DNA of 61,056 nucleotides, filler included, from Rhabdomonas costata (taxonomy: Eukaryota), in the NCBI GenBank assembly GCA_019059605.1. It is 19 parts of 19 records of this genome, joined end to end, with 100 filler letters (N's around TTAATTAATTAA, not from the genome) between each part and the next. Parts side by side here need not be neighbours in the genome. Positions count along the whole stretch, not along the records: positions 51,515 to 54,625 come from JAHMHO010001354.1; positions 54,726 to 57,838 come from JAHMHO010001355.1; positions 57,939 to 61,056 come from JAHMHO010001356.1; 16 more parts are not named here. One strand, written 5' to 3'. This document shows, in pieces, positions 51,589-61,056 of this stretch. The position numbers and the translations under genes were made by a program. Below the pieces are notes generated by a model. That model was not told the DNA's origin. It did not search any database and was given only the letters and a program-made list of their open reading frames with translations. Each line of letters begins with the position of its first letter. Positions within the stretch are counted from its first letter, which is position 1.

Positions 51589-52158
51589 TCAAAATTGCAG
51601 AATACTGCAAAACTAAATGGCAGAAAGGCTTCGTTTCCACAGTTGCCCTGAGCTCATGATGTCTTGTGCTTTCTCTTTCTTTCGCGTTGTGACCTTGACA
51701 TCGGCGCCCACGTTTTGGACGGACCTGAGTTTCATTTGACATAGAGATCCCTTATTTTTTTGTGAAGCGTGGGCTTTGGGAGCTGGTAGGATCTTTTCCA
51801 TTTTTGCCTATCCCGTGCACACGCACCCTAAAAACAGGTTCTCCTTGAGGGACAGCACCAGCCGCAATTCTCCGAGCTGGTGGACTCACAGAGCCAGAGG
51901 TCCCTAGTCCCCACCTTTTCCACCTTGCCCATCGTTTGGCAGAGCGTGGAAAACTGCTTCATATGCTTCATATATTTCAATCAAAATGTTTGCAAACTGC
52001 GTGGTGGTCATACACAAAGGCTAGGGTATGCTTCATAGCATAGTGAGTGGCTGGGGGTCCAGATGGCAGTTTAGGCAGTGATCTTTTGCTCCTGGAGGAG
52101 AGAGGTGTGACGTGGCACTATCGTCTGGCCCTCTTTCTTTGTCCATCTGCCTTTTCAG

Positions 52159-53725
52159 TGAGGAGCAGCCGCCGCTTGCCCCCCTTACGACGGACATGGT
52201 GGTCCCCCGGCTGGCGCCTCGGAAGGAGAGACGAAGGCCTTCGGGCAGCAGCAGCGGACCAGTCTCTGCCGCACCAACGCCTCGAGTGGACTACGTATGC
52301 AGTCTGACATCTCGGCTCCTCTTGCCTGAGGTGCAATCAGACTAAGAATCAGTGGCCCTTTTGGTTTTAGAGAAGAGGTTATTGTTGCGCAAAAATGGTT
52401 GTACTGCTACCCTTCAGCCTCAGCCCGCTCAAGGACCGACCCTGAGGCTGGGTTCCCACCTGCACCTTTGCATAATTATCTACCAAATCTACCAAGGGAT
52501 GGGGGTTTCGTCCTAGCAGCAAACGGAAGTTTTTGTTTGTGCTTGGAATCAGGAATCAATTTTGCAGTCATTTTGTTTTTGAGGTAGAGTGGGTCCTGTG
52601 CCGTGCATTTTTCATGCGTGTGTGAGAAAACCTCGGGTGAACGCGGTGTGCGGTTGTGACTGGGGATGCTCTCCGCCGTGGGAATCAGGTTCAGGAGGCC
52701 CTGGGTATCTCGGAAAGGAGGCGGATGGAGATGGAGGCCGAGGTGCAGCGGAGGAGACAGCGGCGCAAGGCATAATATGCTGTTTGTGTGGGATGGGGCA
52801 CACGCACAGTGACACTGGCAGTTTCAGAAACAGTGAAAAGAAAAAGTAAGCACAAGAAAGGTTGGTAGCCGCAAACCAGTATGCTGCCCGCAGGTTTTCA
52901 CATGGAACTTAAGTGTTCTTCTTGCTCAGAACCGAAGTACCTTTGAGAAACACTTACGTATGAGGAGTAGAGGTGGGGCCCCCTTTTTTTCCACCTGGAA
53001 CTGAAACGTGTTGTTTCCCATTCCGAGTATTTGCGGGTGGTTCCCTGTCGTGTGCTGACAGTAATTATCGAGCTTTTCCTCTTCTCCCTCTTTGGGCGCC
53101 CCATGATGGTTGGCGTTGAAACGATAGGTTGGGGGCAGTGTTCTCCGAAGGGCTTTGCTTAGCAGCACTGGTAATTACCGTCATTAAAGCGTGGAACCTT
53201 TTTGTTATCCCCGAGATAGTCAGTAGCTTCGCGTGCACAGCTTCTGGCAGGCACTGATGTGGCCCACCTGCTGCTTCTCCCCGCCACTGAGGGAGAGGCG
53301 GCACCCTCCACTGTCCCCCTGGCTCTGGTGGACGGGTGCCCCTTTCTGAACCCTTTGGAATGCCCGTTCAACAGCGGAAAGGCGGGGATCCACCATACCA
53401 CCCACTGGGAGTTCCACCGCCAGGCCTCCCCTAACCTTCTGCCACCTTCCTTGTGAGGGTACGGGTAAACACACATAAACTAACGACACTGGCAGGCTGG
53501 CTAGCAGTCGTTCCAATTTCCGGAGAACGCTCCTTGGCCTCAAGCTTTTGCAGATTTGTTCTCTGCCATCGAACTTCAAGTAACTTCTGGGACAGAGATG
53601 GTGAGAAAATTGATTATCTCCCTTGCTTCCCTTTACTTTTGCCTCTGCCCTCACCTGGAGTCTGAAGGCTTGCTATTCTCCAGATGCCCCTGCATGCAGC
53701 AGGATACTTCCATCTACCAGCCTAA
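52159..53725 (+). CDS. Unknown protein, last 4 exons
   Basis: Exons 52159-52294, 52689-52769, 53241-53423 and 53684-53725 (TAA). The model needs GC donors at 52770 and 53424. Confidence 0.5.
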
Positions 53726-54958
53726 ATACGCGATGTGGTCTGAGTAAAAGTCTTCGCCTCTTTCCTGCACCTAATTTCTCATTATATTGTGGGCTGTGCT
53801 TTTTATGACACATTTTTAGGTGTGCTTAGGTCCACCCACGCCTGAGCACTGGCTTAGCTTTGTGTTCTTCTCCCACCATGCACAACCCTTAGGATGGCCG
53901 TCCTCGACCTTGGGTTCAGTCGGCGTAGCAATGGAGGGTGCCTTTGAGAAACACAGGCCCTCCCGCTCTCGTATTGCTTCGCCTGCCTCTCCAGCCCCGC
54001 TGATTGATGTGTGGATGTGTGGATGAGGCAACCTACCTCTGTGATGGTGCTCAACTTGCAGATGTTGGATATTTGCCTTGTTGTACAGAGACTGGCATTT
54101 CTTTCTGTACAGCTATATAGTCAGCTTGCGTTCCCAGCGCAGAAGCTCCAGCAAGTGGTCCGGTTCGAGCCACGGCCGTCCTCGCTTGCCGTGGGTTATT
54201 GTGCTTTGTCTGTAACTGTTGTTGTTGCAATGCACTGTGACGTGTACTAGGACTTTCCAAGGTTCCACGTTCGGAAGCAGGCGCTGACGTTTGTGTAAGA
54301 AAGGTGGGCACAAAAATGACAAGGCCCAACATGTTTTGAATTTGGCCATTTAGCTTCATCAGTTTCTTGACTTTTTGACGACTGCTAACCGATGACTATT
54401 TCATGCCGTTGTTTGCCAATATTATCTGCGAGGGCTTTTGGCGGTATTGTCAAATTTATAAATGCGGAGATAGGAGGCAGGGCTTATGCAGAATGAAGCA
54501 CCGTGCACTAAGCTAGAAATCCTGACCCTGACCCTGTATGAAACGCACCGACAAGCAACTGGAAGCTGCAATTAAGTCAGCGGAATTGACAAAACGCACC
54601 TTCGAGATATTTAAACCCCCAAAAANNNNNNNNNNNNNNNNNNNNNNNNNNNNNNNNNNNNNNNNNNNNTTAATTAATTAANNNNNNNNNNNNNNNNNNN
54701 NNNNNNNNNNNNNNNNNNNNNNNNNTGTTTGTGGGGAGCCACTTCTTCCATTTCTAGCAAGGTAAGGTGCGGTGGCATGCGTTCTGCTGCCATGTGGCGC
54801 TTTGGAATTTTTGATAAACTCCACTGACCCAGGCCGTTGTGAACTCAGATCACTTGCTTTTCACTCCCCATCTTTTTCAAACTTGAATTTCCCCCTGGTG
54901 TGTTGCCCGCGGCTGCCTTCGAATCCTTTGCCCTCTCTACTGAGAAAACAGCAGTGCA

Positions 54959-57838
54959 ATGCAGGTCCCCATTCTTCTTCTGAAAGAGGGCACGGACACC
55001 TCCCAGGGCAAAGCGCAGATTCTGAGCAACATTGGCGCATGTCTGGTGTGTGTGGTGGTGTGTGTGTTAGTGTGGGTGGGTGGGTGTTTATTTGGTATTT
55101 GACAGTTGGAGTTGTTTTGAACAGCCTGACAATTCTTTCTTTTTGCATTTGCTTTCTAATTGTGCTTCTCCGTACAGGGGAGATTAGCCAACAATTTTGC
55201 CGCCAGTCTGAGCATTCCGGGTGGTCACCGTGAGAATTTGGGCTATGTGGATGGGGTTTGCCTTCTGCTGGCTTTTCTGGAACCCCACAGCATGTCGTGG
55301 ATACAGTCCGGACGACTCTGGGGCCGCGGGGGATGGACAAGCTCATCCACCTTGGCAAGGATACCGTGATCTCGAACGACGGTGCCACCATCATGAAGCT
55401 TCTGGAAGTTGAGCACCCCGCTGCCCGCACACTGGTGGACATTGCCAAGTCGCAGGTTTCTCTTCTACCCCCCCGCCGAAGTGGAGCGCGTTCGCCGGGA
55501 TTCTCCCAAACTCCCACGTCTGGCAACAGAGCTATCAGCTATAGGACCCTCGAGCACCCAGGCTGCGCGCGTCTCAGGTTAGGGGCACCTTTTCTTTTCT
55601 TTCCATGATCGCTCTTCTTCACCTGTGTGTGCGTGTGGGTGGGCGGGTTTCTTTTCTGTCTTTACGTTGCACAAACATAATCTAACGCCAACAAACGGAC
55701 ACAACTGTCCCTAAGTCAAAGAAGAAAAGCTTTTCAAACTTGAACGTGACAACACACAAAGCGCTGCCAAAGACTTTGCCATCCTTACCGCTAAGTTTTT
55801 ACCTTCGCGGCAATTTCCCACCAATTCCATTTCTAATTCGATTTCCGTTTCGCTCAATTTTCAACTCCTGTTTATTTTCATTATTTTTTATTTTTTCTTC
55901 CTTTCGGTATACTTCACTCTTCCACTCTGCCACCCCCTTTCTTAGGACAGCGAGGTAGGCGATGGAACGACCTCCGTGGTTATTCTCGCGGGAGAGTTCC
56001 TGAAGAAAGCGAAGGAGCTAATCGAGGACGGCATGGCCCCACAGGTCATCATCAAGGCCTATCGCCAAGCTTGCACGCTGGTTTGCGCTACTTTTTTTGT
56101 TTTTCCCCTTGGTAGAGGCGAGGGGGCAATTTGTGCAAATTGTGTGTACCATCACCCTCAAGGTTGGGATGAGTCTCAAAAGGTGCCCAGATGCAAACAG
56201 ATGGCTCAGATCGCCCCGTCCCCCGCTGTCTCATTTGCTTGCGCCCCATGTTCTGTGCGCTTTTTTCAGCGGACACTGGGCAATGTTCTAATGCTCAAAT
56301 GGGAACGTGGCATTATGGAATCCTACGGGAAAATGGCTAAAGAAACGCGTTCGATTTGCGCTGCCAAGGTCCTTTGCTGTGGCTTGGAACCGCCGCAGAA
56401 CCATTTTTTGTACTCATTCATATTTACTACCGTAAATGTAAACTTAGATGAAAGAGAAGAGAAGAGCATCTCCTCATCTTTTTCATCATCTTTTTCCCTG
56501 GGAGCGATACTGGGTCACGTACGAGGTTCTGGTCTGACGGCAGCTTTGACTGAAGCAATTCTGCGCCTTGTTCCACTTGCGCTTGCCCAGTAAACCCCAG
56601 TGGCTTCTCGCCAAAATTCGAGTGTTCTCAAAAAGTTTCCAGTGCTTCCAGTATTTTAGGCCGTGTAAGTGATGGTCCTCCTCAGCGTTCCACGCACCCA
56701 AGTGTATGCAGCGGTCCGACCGCTTTGCACACGCCGTGTGCGCTTCCACCAAAAGGGAGGATAAACCATCTGGGACACGCATACAGAGTTGATCCGCACA
56801 CTCGCTGGGACCCCGCTCGATGTTTGGTGCTGCGCCGTGCTCAGCCCCTTACTCTTGACGTTTTTGTTGCTCCTTTTGTGCAGGCGGTGCAGAAACTGGA
56901 GGCACTCGCTGTGAAGCCTCAGACGGACACCCCGCAGCAGATGTATGACGTCCTCCTGAGCTGCGCGAAGACCTCCCTGAATTCCAAGCTTATCGCCTCT
57001 CATGGTGCGCCCTGTTCTGTTCCTAGGAAGAAGAGCTAGTACCGTCCAGGGAAGCAAATAGACTGGGGAATTGGGAAGGAACGCACACGTTTTTTCACGT
57101 TTGTTTTCCCGAAAGAATTTCCTCACAAATTTCTAAAAAGTTTATGGAAGGGTGGTTATAATTTAATGATTTGTTTATTTCATCAAATGAGAGCCACCAC
57201 AAACCGAGACCCCGCGGCGTTCGGGAGGCCCCAGGCCATTTCTGGACTGTTTCGGTTGTTGGGTACCATTTCCTTTTAGTTTCATAAGCCTTTTTGGCTT
57301 CTGACGGTACTGTTGTTTTGTTCTCTGGTGCCAGTTGGACTTTTGGGTGGCTAAGAATCACTCCTGCAATAATGTATCAGGGGACTTCTTTGGTAAGATG
57401 GCGGTGCAGTCCGTGAGCATTCTCGACGATAACAAGGACCTCGCACTGATCGGAGTGAAGAAGGTTCAGGGTGGCGCCTTGGAGGTGTGCCTTGCTTCTT
57501 TTCCTTTTTTTTTTTGGAATTGGTGGCGGAAAAGAACGAAAGTAGGGGAATGAACGAGTGAGAAGATTCGAGCGGAAATCCGAAGAACTCTCCGGACCAA
57601 AAAAAGACAATGCCCTTCGTGTTTGAGAAATGGGAAATATTGGATAATCAACCTTTGACGCTGATCCGAAAAAAATGGAGATGAACCATTATTTACACAT
57701 CCTTTTTTGTTACGGTATAGTACTTATCAAAATAGTGCGTTCTCCCCTTTAACTTTCGCAGGACTCCTTCCTGGTGGACGGGGTGGCGTTCAAGAAGACC
57801 TTCAGCTACGCTGGGTTCGAGCAGCAACCCAACAAACC
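54959..57838 (+). CDS. CCT7: T-complex protein 1 subunit eta, 6 exons, 3' truncated
   Basis: Exons 54959-55045, 55291-55455, 55946-56080, 56884-57004, 57381-57484 and 57762 to contig end, all GT-AG. Motifs: [78 protein letters not shown]. Confidence 0.96.
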
Positions 57839-57941
57839 NNNNNNNNNNNNNNNNNNNNNNNNNNNNNNNNNNNNNNNNNNNNTTAATTAATTAANNNNNN
57901 NNNNNNNNNNNNNNNNNNNNNNNNNNNNNNNNNNNNNNTTT

Positions 57942-58131
57942 TGGGTCAAGCCCACACAAGTCCATCAAATAGCCAGCCGTTGAAAGTGTCAATTAAACTT
58001 CATATTGAAATTCCACAGAACCGAAGGCCCACACCAGAAGTTGAAGAATAGTGCGTAACGAATTTCGATATGAAGTTTAATTGACACTTTCAACGGCTGG
58101 CTATTTGATGGACTTGTGTGGGCTTGACCCA
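57942..58131. repeat. Contig-terminal inverted repeat (fold-back)
   Basis: Arms of about 72 bp at 57942-58013 and 58060-58131, with one mismatch near the loop. Confidence 0.9.
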
Positions 58132-58977
58132 TAACTTCCGAGTAAGATTCCAAGTTTGCAGTTTAACCTGCTTTGAGTAGCGGCATCTCAAGAGTAGGAG
58201 GTAAGGGTGGTAAGGGTAGACATTTCCATGCAAAAGTCTCTTTCCTCCACCCCTTTGGCTTCTCAAGTCCGAAAATGCTTCATTTAAAGTGTGCTTTTTT
58301 GGTTGTGAATTTTCAGTGACGCGGACAACACTGTGACCTCAAGCGTTACTTTTCGCTCTATGAGTTTAGCATTGAGCATTACGCGCATCTCTATCGTTAC
58401 ATCGCATGTACCCATGAGGGTGCGTGGTTGCTGTCTCGGGAAAGGCAAAGCCTTTGAAGCGTGACCTTGCACATGCTGGACCATCACCACATTATGCACA
58501 GATCATTGACGCTGGGGAGCAGCTGTATATCCAGGAGTGTGTCAAGGGCTCTGAGGTTTCCTCGACGACCTCTCCCATCACCGCAGAGGTACGCCGCTGA
58601 AGACAGGACCCTGGCTCCACCCACCCACCGAGCTCCTTTACGGTCACTCGGGGGGGGGGTCTTTTTTTAGGTCAAAAGTAATTGGGATAAGCAATCGCTG
58701 CGGCTAAAACGCCGTTTTTCTATCGTCCTACGTGTGCATATGCAGGTTGTGGAAACGGAAGGACCCAGCTGAGTTGAACCTTCACCTGGAATGAATTCTC
58801 GTCCTGCACCTGGCACTGCCTATCCTTTTTCAGGCTCTCCGAAAATCTACTCTTGTCGTGTGGCATCTTAGCTTCTCTTAACACAGTCTGGCACCCTGGC
58901 ATCACTCGCTGCTTTCTTGCTTTTGCTCAGGTTTCGTTTAAATGTTCTCCGTTTAAATGTGTCGTGTTCACCTTCAG

Positions 58978-60191
58978 GACGAGCGGGGGACCGGGGTAGA
59001 TCCCGTGGTCGCGAGCTCCCCGGTAGCTCTGGAGGTTGTGAACGATGCCGAGCAGCGCTACATTGACGAAGTTGTGGAAACCACGCGGCAGAGCCCAGAC
59101 AGGTCTGGCGGAGACCGCCTGGACAGCGGTCCGCCAGGAGATCCGCCCTGATTCTGCGTTTGCTCTGATGTACATTTCAGGGTAGTTTTGCGCGGTGTAC
59201 AAAGCAGCAGCCAACCTCTTTGCCTGTGCGCGGCATTGCTGGCTGATTGTACAGGCAGTATGTGATGTGGCAATCTTCAATGATTTTTTTTGCCTCCTGC
59301 AGAGATTCTGGTTGAGTGAAGTTGTAAGGTTGCGCTTGTGTGGGACAATCTCATTTTCTCTTTGTGTTGCGCTTCTCCCTGTAAGCGCCTGCATCTGTGC
59401 ATAAATATCGTCGCACATCGAGACCTGGGGGTTTGCCTGCTCTTTGGTGTGACTGCCGTGAACTCCATTGTGTGAAGCGCCTTGTTTTGATGAGAGATGC
59501 TCAAGATATCGTTTGGGGCACGTTTATTTGGATCGGTGCGGGAGACGTGAAAGTTGTACCGAAATCCTGCAACCTGTTCAATTGCAGTGGTTTTCAAGGG
59601 TTAAGAAGAAAATATTTTGAAGTGCTGAATTCATGACTCAATGATTTTTCTGGAATTCGATTGAGCGGTGGTGTTCTTCTGTGGTGTTGGCAGTCAGAGT
59701 TTTTGGATTCTAGCTGTCCAAATGTAGGTGTCCGTGATGATATGTGCTGAAGATGTTTAGTTACTGTGAACTAGTGCAAACGGAGTGAATGTGGAGTTGG
59801 GAGCTGCAGCCACGCATCACTCCAATTTGCTTGCTTTCATGTGCTTTCCTTGCTTTTCTTGCTCGGCAGCTTCGACCGACCAGGGTATGAGAAACAAATC
59901 GCAACTTTGTCAGAAAGTACCTTCAGCACAAGGAAGTGGGGACCTTTGACTATGTCCATATAACTTGGGTGCTCAAGGCCGCCTGTTGTTTCCTGGGCCG
60001 TTTTGATGATCATGTTCAAATCAATTTTTTCGCGACGCACTCTTGCGAGGAAAACGTGATCTGAAATTACCCTTAAAACAGCAGGCCGAAATCTTTAATA
60101 ACGAGAACCCTTTCAGGTGATGCCCCGGCAGTTGAACGTGGTCAGCGCAAGCGGGGAACACAATAGAGTGATCGACCACAGGACGGTGAAT
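58978..60191 (+). CDS. Probable exons of unknown protein
   Basis: Exon-like segments 58978-59102 and 60117-60191 with CAG acceptors and GT donors. Phases are not reconciled. Confidence 0.35.
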
Positions 60192-61056
60192 GTAGCTCGC
60201 GCGCCCAACCCAGCGTCCGCGGGCTCGCAACGTCCGCAAAATCGAATTGGGCAAAAAGGACGCTTGGCGGGCAAAAATCGGCGCCCCTGGTCGGCCGGAG
60301 TGCGTCGGCAAGGGCCCCGCCAATTACAAAGCCCGCAGTCCTTAAAGACGCCCCATTTCACGGAACGGAGTCCGGATAAATCCTCTCCATGTCCTTGCTG
60401 CGCTCCTTCCGAAAATTGCACTTTCCGGGCGCGTCGTTCAAGGGGCGGCCCTCTTCAAAACAAACCCGGGTAAACCACCATCCCCGTCGAACGTTTTCCT
60501 GCGTATCCCCATGCCCTTATATTTCCTCCGTTGTAAGCATTTCGATCCATGGCGGTTTCATGAATTATTTCATCATTCATAAGCAATGACTATGCGCACA
60601 GTTTGGCCCGCACTTCAATCACTTTTTCATTATTTGATCGGATTTCAACCGAACCACTACCGCCAAAGACGGCTTTGGTACACAAATGCGTTGCTGCTAC
60701 GGATTGGCTGCCTCTTGATTGGATTCTTCCTTTTTGGGTTGGCTTTTCCCCCCATATCCCTGCGAACCTGCGCGCCTTGTTCCGGTCAACCGATGGCAAC
60801 CTTGAGTCGGACCACGGCTGGTGTCATCGGGTGCCCGTTGCCTCCGTTGTTCGTGGAGCCCGATGTCGGTCTTCGAGCTGCAACAGTGGAGTGCTGTACG
60901 CCCTAAAGAACGCCGCACCTTTAAGTTTTCACACGGTGCGGATTGTTCAATGCTTCAAGGGGATCTTTCAATGGCCTATGCAGAAATCACCCAGAGTACC
61001 CGGTAACAAAGCTGCTACCGCAATGTTGAGCACTCGGCACGTTTCAAGAGTCCAAA

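Noticed and set aside
35439-57838. Euglenid non-conventional (non GT/GC-AG) introns
   Set aside because: Every intron I could anchor in a conserved protein resolved to GT-AG or GC-AG.

Overview
This is not one locus. It is 19 unrelated ~3.1 kb contigs joined by an artificial 100-nt linker (44 N + TTAATTAATTAA + 44 N), so adjacency across linkers means nothing. The DNA is eukaryotic and intron-rich: short GC3-rich exons, 0.2-1 kb spliceosomal introns, weak donors (mostly GYNY, often GYNYGY) and many GC-AG introns. This style, plus an amastin/claudin-like gene, suggests a euglenozoan, possibly a euglenid (inference only). G/T-only contig starts, A/C-only ends and terminal fold-backs point to whole-genome-amplified material. 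Genes reconstructed by hand: SlyD-type FKBP, amastin/claudin-like protein, Tgs-family cap methyltransferase, F-box protein, TFIIF-beta (halves on opposite strands), EF-hand protein, SAM-domain protein, R-S-E ADP-ribosyltransferase, a degenerate eIF4E, myosin, EGF-repeat protein, alpha-kinase, a bacterial-type RQDDNGN small protein, CCT7 and a LINE RT fragment. Best novelty candidates: a highly structured element with no credible ORF and a (CAAGTC)7 tail (26.2-26.9 kb), about 15% GC-AG introns with a GCAT-type donor, an eIF4E lacking its cap-binding residues, and intron-split bacterial-type genes. All family calls come from motif recognition, not database searches.
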